Source: a virus
DNA length: 47,771 nt
Reading direction: 5' to 3' (one strand)
IMG/VR virus record: IMGVR_UViG_3300000233_000003
Coordinates: 1-47,771 of that record
Shown here: piece after piece, positions 34,796-41,851 of the stretch
Layout of the letters: every line of letters starts with the position of its first letter
Position numbering within the stretch: the stretch's first letter is position 1
Notes under the pieces: model-generated
Seen by the model: only the letters and a program-made list of their open reading frames with translations
Database searches by the model: none
Told to the model about the DNA's origin: nothing
Translations under genes and position numbers: made by a program

Positions 34796-35116
34796 TTAGA
34801 CCCTTGGGAGGAGAGGAGATATACCAAAGATTTCTTTCAGCTCAGTATCATCCATAATAGCGAGCAAGGAGATAAAGAGCAGCTTGGTTTGAGCCGCATT
34901 ATATTCTTCTGTTGTATGGCTCCAATTGTGGGAAGGACGAACATACTGCTTGAAGATTTCTTCGCAACAAGCATCATCTATTCCAAGCTGGCAGAGAAAG
35001 AGATTCAAATAACGGAAGGATACTTCAACAGCATTATTCGAACTATAGCGGCAATTGCTGCCAACGACAGTATCAAATGCGTCAAGGATAAGAGAATTCA
35101 GTTTAGTTTGTTTCAT
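34796..35116 (-). CDS. Hypothetical protein (106 aa)
   Basis: ATG at 35116. The track start at 35131 is a TTG. Confidence 0.55.
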   Translation of the reverse strand: MKQTKLNSLILDAFDTVVGSNCRYSSNNAVEVSFRYLNLFLCQLGIDDACCEEIFKQYVRPSHNWSHTTEEYNAAQTKLLFISLLAIMDDTELKEIFGISPLLPRV

Positions 35117-35143
35117 GATCTTAGCTTTCAAAAGAAGAAAATG

Positions 35144-35437
35144 TTAGTAGGAATTGTAGTTGCGGATAATAACAAAGTGGCCGTCCGGATGCTTCTGAAA
35201 AGAACCAAGGGCCTTGATTCTATTATCTTGGTAAGGCTTTGGCAGATGGAAGTTATCGTATATTGCCGTATAGACTTTCCCATCGGTAGCTTTTATTTTA
35301 GATGGGAGCGGAGCAGAAGCATCAAGATAGAAGGAATCAAGGAAGCAGTATTCTATCCCTGGTTTCTTCTGCCCATCATTATGCAGGGCATTGAATGTTT
35401 TCCGCTTAAGAGTAAGTTCTAAGATTGGCGTGTTCAT
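35144..35437 (-). CDS. Hypothetical protein (97 aa), faint ASCH/PUA-like N-terminal pattern
   Basis: ELTLKRKTFNALHNDGQKKPGIEY loosely resembles the L.L....F.A...G.K..E.R start of ASCH/DUF3850 domains. The resemblance is weak. Confidence 0.5.
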   Translation of the reverse strand: MNTPILELTLKRKTFNALHNDGQKKPGIEYCFLDSFYLDASAPLPSKIKATDGKVYTAIYDNFHLPKPYQDNRIKALGSFQKHPDGHFVIIRNYNSY

Positions 35438-35452
35438 GATATTCTTTCTATT

Positions 35453-36718
35453 TTACTGTTTAGACAGTGCAAGCTTTGTTCTACGGATGCGGTCAATCAA
35501 GGACATTTTAACTTTCTCTGGAATAGGAGCTGCTTTAACAGGGGAATCCGTGAAGTCTAATGCCATGATGATAGTAGGAGCAGGAGCAATAATAGTAGGG
35601 TTCGACGTAGGAGAACATGGAAGCGGAGTGGCTGTGGCTTCGCCTATGCTATCATTTTCTTCAATAGAATCAAGAGAATCAGTAGAATCATCATCATCCA
35701 AGGAACCAAGGTCAAGAGAAGAAGCTCTAAGGATAGCATAAGGTTTCTTCAGAATAGCAATCAAGGAAGATGCTGATGAAGTAGAGAAAGCTTCCATCTT
35801 AGTGGCCAAGAGCAAGCGCATAGTAGTATCCATTGTCAAGAGAGTATCCTCAGTAAAGACACTCTTTAGCATAGTTGCCAGTTTAGGGGAAATAGTTTCT
35901 TCTGATAAGAGAGTCTTAAGCAATGCTTTTGCATTCTTTACATCAGTTTTAAAAGCTTTCTGTTCTAAGAAGCGCATCTTTCTCTTTAGAGAATTATTTT
36001 TGTTAGCTTTAGAAGCTTTACGTGCGATTGTAGGAACAGAGATTGTTTTCTTTGGTGCTTCAGAGTAGAATCTATCTTCAGGATTAGAGTCTTTTTCATC
36101 ACGATAGGATGCTTTTGCAATTCTTTCTGCAACTTCCTTCATCCACTGGATCATGTTAGCTTCTACTTCACCTTGAGTCGTATCATTGGTAAGAAGGAGA
36201 GATAGCTTCGGGAGATAGAATACGTTCCCTGAGTGAATCCAATTCTCTATAAGGAGAGCAGCAGAGATAATAGCTTCTTTGCCAGCACTTCTAATGATAG
36301 CATTCTTTTGAGCACCACTATAGGCTGGAGCATAGCGGAACAAAGAATAATCATCTGCCAAGGTTATAAGAATACCAGCAAGGATCTGAGTATCCAAGCA
36401 AGAGAGATACTCTTTACCTTTAGATGCAAGACCACGGCAATTAGAAAGCTCAGATAATGGAGAAGTCCAGACCATAGCATATCCAGGTATGCGTGGAATG
36501 TTGACAGTTACTACAATACCTGTTGCTTCACATACTGATTCAAAGGATTCTACCTTCTTTGCAAGTTCTATCCTACGTGATACACGTTGATGCTCAGCAT
36601 CTTTGGCACGCTTATAAGCTATTCTCTTACTCTTAAGATTCTTAATAGCAGCTAATTCTGGTGGCAGTTCTGGTTTGTCTTGATTAGAAGGCTCATTGTT
36701 TCTAGCAGATTGTTTCAT
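35453..36718 (-). CDS. Hypothetical early protein (421 aa) with an acidic, disordered C-terminal region
   Basis: The ATG at 36718 (MKQSARNNE...) is preferred. The track's upstream 56 codons cover a region containing a GAA-triloop hairpin and look non-coding. The C-terminus ends in MSLIDRIRRTKLALSKQ. The start remains uncertain. Confidence 0.5.
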   Translation of the reverse strand: MKQSARNNEPSNQDKPELPPELAAIKNLKSKRIAYKRAKDAEHQRVSRRIELAKKVESFESVCEATGIVVTVNIPRIPGYAMVWTSPLSELSNCRGLASKGKEYLSCLDTQILAGILITLADDYSLFRYAPAYSGAQKNAIIRSAGKEAIISAALLIENWIHSGNVFYLPKLSLLLTNDTTQGEVEANMIQWMKEVAERIAKASYRDEKDSNPEDRFYSEAPKKTISVPTIARKASKANKNNSLKRKMRFLEQKAFKTDVKNAKALLKTLLSEETISPKLATMLKSVFTEDTLLTMDTTMRLLLATKMEAFSTSSASSLIAILKKPYAILRASSLDLGSLDDDDSTDSLDSIEENDSIGEATATPLPCSPTSNPTIIAPAPTIIMALDFTDSPVKAAPIPEKVKMSLIDRIRRTKLALSKQ

Positions 36719-36749
36719 GGTGTTTCTTTCTATACTATGCCGATAATAA

Positions 36750-36762
36750 GCACCGAAGGTGC
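36750..36762 (+). repeat. C-GAA-G triloop mini-hairpin gcaccGAAggtgc
   Basis: A 5-bp perfect stem closes a GAA loop. It has the same architecture as the three hairpins at 37509, 38015 and 38025. Confidence 0.7.
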
Positions 36763-36895
36763 CAGTAAAAGCCAGACTGTTGTAAAAAAGCAACAGGTCA
36801 GGGCCAATGAACATAGTAGCATAGATTTTCACCTTTTCCCGAATTTTCCCGAATTTATTTTTCACCATTGTGCCAATATAGAACATACTAAGTAG

Positions 36896-37489
36896 TCACA
36901 TATCTTCTAAGTACTTGAGCATATTCTTATCCATATCTTCTAGCAGTTGTGCATCTCTTTCAAGTATTTCTAATTGCTTCTCCTCTAATAGAAGTTTCTT
37001 AGGAGTTTTAGCTTTTGAAGAAGAAGAAGGAGCAGGAGAAGTAGCAAAGGCTGCAAGATCAAGGGAATTTAAGTATTCTTCACTTCCTAGAATAATCTCT
37101 TTATCTTTTATATTCTTCTTAGCCTTCTTAGAAGTTGGCAAAGCTATAACCATATCAGTTCCATTATAGATAATAGCTTTCACAAGATTTAAGGCTACCA
37201 TAAGGCCAGTATCACATTCTTTATTCGCAGCAGATACAAAGTAGGACAGTTTTATGATCTCTGAGTCTTTGATAGCAGCTTGCTCTTTAAGAGCAATAAC
37301 CTTGGTAATAAGATTCTGTAAGACATACTCTGAGACTCTTATTGTCCTTGTCCTACCTGCTACATTGATGAGAACATTTACTATTAGCATCTCATCATTA
37401 TAGGTCATAGAAATGGTAGAATGCTTAGAAGTAAGAGTTGCCCTAGGAGTTATAGTAACGCCCATGGAAGATGGAAGTGAGGAGATCAT
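36896..37489 (-). CDS. Hypothetical protein (197 aa), first gene of the - arm
   Basis: ATG start. Lys/Ser-rich linker and acidic C-terminus. No motif recognised. Confidence 0.65.
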   Translation of the reverse strand: MISSLPSSMGVTITPRATLTSKHSTISMTYNDEMLIVNVLINVAGRTRTIRVSEYVLQNLITKVIALKEQAAIKDSEIIKLSYFVSAANKECDTGLMVALNLVKAIIYNGTDMVIALPTSKKAKKNIKDKEIILGSEEYLNSLDLAAFATSPAPSSSSKAKTPKKLLLEEKQLEILERDAQLLEDMDKNMLKYLEDM

Positions 37490-37508
37490 AATAAGCTTTC
37501 AAGTCATA

Positions 37509-37519
37509 GCGCGAAGCGC
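37509..37519 (+). repeat. Mini-hairpin gcGCGAAGCgc (contains GCGAAGC)
   Basis: A 4-bp stem with a GAA loop, 20 nt upstream of the first - arm gene. Confidence 0.7.
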
Positions 37520-38014
37520 AGGTTAGAAGAAGGAGAAAAAGGTGTGTTCTAGTTTGCAGGGTTGACAGTCTTCCAGTATTCACCTTATAGGGTATTTTCA
37601 ATGGTTTGTAGGCATCGCTCAGGATCAGCACCTCCAATCTGTAAGGCAGTCTAACATCGCAAGGATTAGAAGGCCGTAGGCCAATAGTAGAAGGATCATA
37701 TATAGTTCTTTTATGTGTGTGAGCAATTTTTTCAATCTTATTGTTCTTTAATAAAAATCTTCTAAGGGGGTATATATTTATCTATAGCTTGCTTAATTAT
37801 AGGCTCGTACTCTATCGGATGCTTAGAATAGGCTGGTGTATGCGTGGAGTGTATCCGAGCAAAGGGGTCAAATACCCGAAAATACCCATCAAGGGGAATT
37901 GTGGAATACTGGAAACCCGGAATAGTTCCAATAGAATAAGAAGTGATCTGTATTATATGCTTCCTGGCGAAGAAGATCAAAGCTATACGCTAGAAGCTCT
38001 GTATTATTAACAAA

Positions 38015-38037
38015 GTGCGAAGCACTGGCGAAGCCAG
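38015..38037 (+). repeat. Two abutting mini-hairpins, gtGCGAAGCac and ctgGCGAAGCcag
   Basis: Stems of 4 bp and 5 bp, each closing a GAA loop. They share base 38025. Each contains the exact heptamer GCGAAGC. Confidence 0.75.
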
Positions 38038-38065
38038 CAAGGAATAAGATAAGGCGCGGCGTGGT

Positions 38066-38094
38066 TTGCTATTAAAAGCAGAGTAGAATAGAAT
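38066..38094 (+). promoter_or_regulatory. Sigma70-type promoter (TTGCTA, 17 nt, TAGAAT)
   Basis: The -35 hexamer is at 38066..38071 and the -10 hexamer at 38089..38094. The -35 context gTTTGCTA is the same as in the promoter at 38954. Confidence 0.5.
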
Positions 38095-38139
38095 CTATGG
38101 GAAAGAATAGGCTATAGTTAAAATCAATCAATAAATATG

Positions 38140-38167
38140 TTGACAAGCCTTGAAAATGCCTTAGAAT
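38140..38167 (+). promoter_or_regulatory. Near-consensus sigma70 promoter (TTGACA, 16 nt, TAGAAT)
   Basis: The -35 hexamer is at 38140..38145 and the -10 hexamer at 38162..38167, about 85 nt upstream of the ATG at 38253. Confidence 0.7.
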
Positions 38168-38252
38168 CAAGGCCAGACACCGAGAAAGTGTCGCACCTGC
38201 TAGGAGGTTCCCCTAGAAGTCAGTTAGGCTAAGAGCCAATAGGAGTATTCAA

Positions 38253-38837
38253 ATGCAAGTTTATAAAATGGAAGTTTCTAAGACCGAGAACAAAAAGTAT
38301 GTCAAGGTCGGCACAGTTGATATCTTCTACCCTACAGTAGAGGAAATCGCTGGATTCTGCCAAGGTGCTAAGGTTGTCAAGACTAGCGAAGATGGCATCG
38401 CAGAATATGAAAGCCCTGAGGCAAATTGGATTCAGACTGCCATCATGTCTTATGCTAAAGCTAATGCTCGCAATAAGCTGGTCAGTGGCACTTGTGATCT
38501 GAAGGATGGTCTTAAAATCCCTGAAACATGGGCTGAGTTCACAGCAGAAACAGGTCGTAGTGGTGAGGCACTCGCTATTCTGCGTGAGGCTAAAGCTGAG
38601 TTCACGGATTGGATTAGCAAGCAAGGAAAGAGCGAAGCTGTTACTAAAGTCCTTATCACCTTGTTTAACAATCGTGCGGCTCTGGAGCTTCAGACACCGG
38701 CTAACAAGGCTAAGATGTTGGGCTATGTTGAAAGCTTCGCTGAATCCCTTTCTGCTGAGAAGCTGGAACGTATGCAAAAGCCTATTGAGAATGTCCTAGA
38801 TGCTTGCGGTGAGGCTGAAAGCTTTGACCTGGAGTAA
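38253..38837 (+). CDS. Hypothetical protein (194 aa) in a stand-alone promoter/terminator cassette; candidate immediate-early or host-takeover protein
   Basis: SD AGGAG lies 7 nt upstream of the ATG. The protein is mildly acidic and looks helical. No motif recognised. Confidence 0.75.
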   Translation: MQVYKMEVSKTENKKYVKVGTVDIFYPTVEEIAGFCQGAKVVKTSEDGIAEYESPEANWIQTAIMSYAKANARNKLVSGTCDLKDGLKIPETWAEFTAETGRSGEALAILREAKAEFTDWISKQGKSEAVTKVLITLFNNRAALELQTPANKAKMLGYVESFAESLSAEKLERMQKPIENVLDACGEAESFDLE

Positions 38838-38868
38838 GCCATACGGCATAGGCTAACAAGCCTCCTAG

Positions 38869-38896
38869 ACCCTGCCTTAAACCGCAGGGTTTTTTA
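38869..38896 (+). terminator. Rho-independent terminator
   Basis: A 7-bp stem, accctgc with gcagggt, has an 8-nt loop and is followed by tttttat. Confidence 0.8.
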
Positions 38897-38953
38897 TCGT
38901 CTGGAGTTTAGGTAAAAGCTATTAGATCATCCAAGCTCATAGAAACAAATAGT

Positions 38954-38982
38954 TTGCTAAGATAGAATAAAAGCTATATAAT
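38954..38982 (+). promoter_or_regulatory. Sigma70-type promoter (TTGCTA, 17 nt, TATAAT)
   Basis: The -35 hexamer is at 38954..38959 and the -10 hexamer at 38977..38982, about 30 nt upstream of the ATG at 39014. Confidence 0.6.
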
Positions 38983-39013
38983 AGAATCTTTCAACGCAAC
39001 AGGAGATCCAATC

Positions 39014-39220
39014 ATGGCACAGTCAACCATCACCAATATCTATACTTTAGAGGAACAGATCAAAGATACCATCAAAGTGCATGGTCACCGAGTCACAGCT
39101 AAAATCTATGCCAGCCGAATGCCGTTCACAATCTATCACTTCTACGCCTTGGGCTTTCTACCACGCACAGTGGTAAAGAAGGAGGGAGATAAGGTTAGGG
39201 TCATTAGGCGCATTCTCTGA
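39014..39220 (+). CDS. Hypothetical small basic protein (68 aa) in its own promoter/terminator cassette
   Basis: SD AGGAG upstream of the ATG. Basic C-terminus KKEGDKVRVIRRIL. Confidence 0.7.
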   Translation: MAQSTITNIYTLEEQIKDTIKVHGHRVTAKIYASRMPFTIYHFYALGFLPRTVVKKEGDKVRVIRRIL

Positions 39221-39250
39221 GCGCATAAGATCAAGGAAAAGTCAAGAGTC

Positions 39251-39287
39251 CTTAGCCCTGATAGTGGGGCTAGGGGCTTTTTTTGTC
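39251..39287 (+). terminator. Putative rho-independent terminator
   Basis: Stem tagccc with gggcta (8-nt loop), then ggggc followed by a run of 7 T. The stem is short and is separated from the T-run by 5 nt. Confidence 0.5.
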
Positions 39288-39524
39288 CCTGCCGGGCGCG
39301 CGTGTATCAATACCTCCTCTCTAATTTTTCTAAACTTTTTAGCTTTTGTACCTTTCCTGCTTCGCAGAATATCTTCTATTTTGCTTCTTACATCTACAGC
39401 ATCTTCTATGGTACACTACTGCGCTACGCTGCGTAATTTTATCAATTCAACCAGAAAGGAGCCATTATGCGGGCCAAGATCCTCCTTCGCTGCGCTTCAG
39501 ATACTATTCCCCAGAAAGGGTATT

Positions 39525-40109
39525 ATGAGAAACAAAATCCTCTCTTATCTCGCTAATGGCTTATCTGCTTCCCAGGTGGCCACTCTTGTGGGGTGCTCCC
39601 CATCCTATATCTCGCAGCTTCTATCCCAAGAAGATTTCAAAGCTGAGTTGAAAGCTCTTATCATAGATAATCCCACACCAGTGGATGATAAGCTTGAGGA
39701 CAAATACTCTGCTGTGGAGCACGCTCTAGTCAATGCTGTGCAGGATGCTATCCCTGGCGCCGAGCTCCCAGCTATCTCAAGGGCTCTGGAGACTGTTGCC
39801 AAGATACGCCATGACCGCTATCTCCGCAAGAATCCTATAGCTGCCCCAACTATTAATAATGTAAACGTAGTTCAATTAACTCTTCCTTCTTATGCTTTAG
39901 CCAAAGCTCCTGAGATTGTCTTGAATGAAAAGAGTGAGATTATCTCCATAGATAACAAGCCTATGGCGCCCTTGTCCTCAGAGGGGGTTAAGAATCTATT
40001 CTCTGACATCAAGGCTAAAAGAATCCTCAAGGAAGGCATCCCCTTACCAAAGGATTCTACCTATGGCTTAGATAAACCCTACACTATTCCAGTGGGAGCA
40101 ACAATATGA
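39525..40109 (+). CDS. terS: Putative small terminase subunit (194 aa) with an N-terminal helix-turn-helix
   Basis: HTH-like LSASQVATLVGCSPSYISQLLS. It lies upstream of terL. The start is set at the ATG at 39525, because the track's GTG start at 39264 lies inside the preceding terminator. Confidence 0.5.
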   Translation: MRNKILSYLANGLSASQVATLVGCSPSYISQLLSQEDFKAELKALIIDNPTPVDDKLEDKYSAVEHALVNAVQDAIPGAELPAISRALETVAKIRHDRYLRKNPIAAPTINNVNVVQLTLPSYALAKAPEIVLNEKSEIISIDNKPMAPLSSEGVKNLFSDIKAKRILKEGIPLPKDSTYGLDKPYTIPVGATI

Positions 40110-40321
40110 GCTTTACTATCATGGATGATATCTATCCTGAACCCAAGGCGCAGCCACAGGCTTCCCTATATCCAAGCTCCCAACAAACAGCGAGAGAAAG
40201 AGCCTCTATCTTGGCTTCTGCCTTAGCTAATATGTTCTCTGCTGTACCTATTCCTACTAAAATGTATCTCCCAGTAGATTCTGCCGTCTATCCTAAAGAG
40301 AAAGAGGGAAAGAATGGCTGA
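40106..40321 (+). CDS. Hypothetical protein (71 aa) between terS and terL
   Basis: ATG overlapping the terS stop (ATGA). Its own end overlaps the terL start. Confidence 0.55.
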   Translation: MSFTIMDDIYPEPKAQPQASLYPSSQQTARERASILASALANMFSAVPIPTKMYLPVDSAVYPKEKEGKNG

Positions 40322-41834
40322 GATCTTAGAAAGAGAAGAGAGTGCGGCCCCGGAAGCGGCTATTTTCAAGACAGAAGTAGTATCTGCCAGGCCAGAAGAA
40401 GCATACCTTCGTGGAAAGCATGACCTGAACTTCTTTGCTGGCCTCCTTATTCCCGAAGTGATGCTCTCTCCCTTCCCTGACTTCTATGTGGGGCTATTCG
40501 CTATTCTTACCAATAGAGATCCTAAGCAGATTGGGAAGATTCTACGCTTCGCTCTTGGCCTCCCGCGTGCTCATGCTAAGACTACCTTCATCAAAGTCAT
40601 TATCTGCTGGCTTATTGTCTATGATAAGATCAGCTTTGCTATCATTCTTTGTGCAAATCAGCCCCTAGCAGATGAACTTTTATCTGACGTGAATGATATG
40701 CTCTGCACAGATAATGCCCGCTTGGTCTATGGAGACTGGGAAAGCCAGCTAACAACTGATGCTAAGGAGCTTAAGAAGTGTTTCTATCACGGCCGTAGTG
40801 TTATCCTAGCTGCTAAAGGAGCTGATTCTGCTATCCGTGGTATTAATGTGAAGCATAGGCGGCCGGACTTGATCTTCTGTGATGATGCACAAACTAAAGA
40901 GAATGATGATTCTCCTACAGATCGAGCAAAATTTCGTAAAAGGCTCGTAGCCACCATGAAGATTATCTCCCCGACAGGAGATCGTCTGATAGTCTATGTA
41001 GGGAATATGTATTCTGAGGACTGCATTCTCTTCCAACTTAAGAATAATCCCACTTGGGTGTCCCTTATAACTGGTGCAATCAAGGAGAATGGTGAGCCTT
41101 TATGGCCTGAGCTGCATTCATTAGAGACTCTTATGGAGTCATACTACCATGATGAGGCTATGGGAGAGGCGGATGTATGGTTTGCGGAGATCATGAATGA
41201 TCCTATATCCAGAGCTTCTTCCCTTCTCCATGCTCCTCTACCAGCTTTCCCAGGAGATGAGGCTGAAATAGAACCAGATGGCGTATTCCTAACCATTGAT
41301 CCTGCCGGTTTCCGGGATAATTCTGATGACAATGTAATAACAGTTCATTATGTGCATAATGGCAAGGGTAATGTAGCTGAAATAGACGCTGGTATCAAAG
41401 ATCCTGAGCAACTTATCATAAGAGCTCTTCAATTATGCCTCCAACATGGAGGTTCTCTTATTGGCGTAGAAGAAACTGGCTATCAGCAGACGCTTCTTTA
41501 CTGGTTTAATAAGTATATAGGGGACTGGAAGCTCCAGGGTATCCATGTTGTTCCTCTAAAACCAGCGGGACGCTCTAAGGAAGCTCGCATTAGGCTCTTT
41601 GTAGCTGAGGTATATGCAGGAAACTACTATATCTTCTCCACTCCTAGAGCAACTTATACATGGCAGGCCATGAAGTATAAGATAGGGAAGAAGGATAATA
41701 AAGATGACATCTTAGATTGCGTAGCGTACGGCTTAGATGTGCGAAATGAGTACTGGCACCTTGTTACCAACCTGAAAACAGTAACTAGAACACAGAAATC
41801 TGCTAGAGTATTGACTGACAACACACCTTTCTGA
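40314..41834 (+). CDS. terL: Terminase large subunit (506 aa)
   Basis: Walker A-like LGLPRAHAKTT and Walker B LIFCDDAQT. C-terminal nuclease-type acidic motifs FLTIDPAG and DDILDC. It lies immediately before the portal gene. Confidence 0.75.
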   Translation: MAEILEREESAAPEAAIFKTEVVSARPEEAYLRGKHDLNFFAGLLIPEVMLSPFPDFYVGLFAILTNRDPKQIGKILRFALGLPRAHAKTTFIKVIICWLIVYDKISFAIILCANQPLADELLSDVNDMLCTDNARLVYGDWESQLTTDAKELKKCFYHGRSVILAAKGADSAIRGINVKHRRPDLIFCDDAQTKENDDSPTDRAKFRKRLVATMKIISPTGDRLIVYVGNMYSEDCILFQLKNNPTWVSLITGAIKENGEPLWPELHSLETLMESYYHDEAMGEADVWFAEIMNDPISRASSLLHAPLPAFPGDEAEIEPDGVFLTIDPAGFRDNSDDNVITVHYVHNGKGNVAEIDAGIKDPEQLIIRALQLCLQHGGSLIGVEETGYQQTLLYWFNKYIGDWKLQGIHVVPLKPAGRSKEARIRLFVAEVYAGNYYIFSTPRATYTWQAMKYKIGKKDNKDDILDCVAYGLDVRNEYWHLVTNLKTVTRTQKSARVLTDNTPF

Positions 41835-41851
41835 GACTTTCAAAGGAATAT

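Noticed and set aside
35144-35437. An ASCH/PUA-like fold for the 97-aa protein
   Set aside because: The idea rests on a loose N-terminal pattern only (L.L....F.A...G.K..E). I kept it as a remark on the feature and did not raise it to a finding.
37582-37595. TATAGGG-containing sequences as T7-type phage promoters: caccttatagggtatt here, taatataggggatt on the - strand near 25575..25590, and tatagg in the capsid terminator stem
   Set aside because: There is no single-subunit RNAP gene in the genome. The shared part is only ~8 nt, and the upstream -17 to -5 regions do not align.
37741-38010. ORFs 37741..38010 (+, 89 aa) and 37762..37980 (-, 72 aa) in the divergent region
   Set aside because: Both begin with TTG and have no SD. 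They overlap each other in antisense, and their translations look like low-complexity products of AT-rich repeats. I treat the region as non-coding.
37490-38252. tRNA, rRNA, CRISPR array or integrase/att site in the non-coding regions
   Set aside because: I found no cloverleaf-compatible sequence with a GTTCRANYC T-loop, no regularly spaced direct repeats, and no recombinase ORF. The repeats present are short hairpins and promoter-like hexamers.
39264-39524. The 87-codon N-terminal extension of the terS ORF in the track (GTG start at 39264)
   Set aside because: The GTG lies inside the terminator hairpin of the preceding gene. The extension is an implausible Leu/Phe/Ser-rich peptide. A proper ATG with an SD exists at 39525, directly before the HTH.
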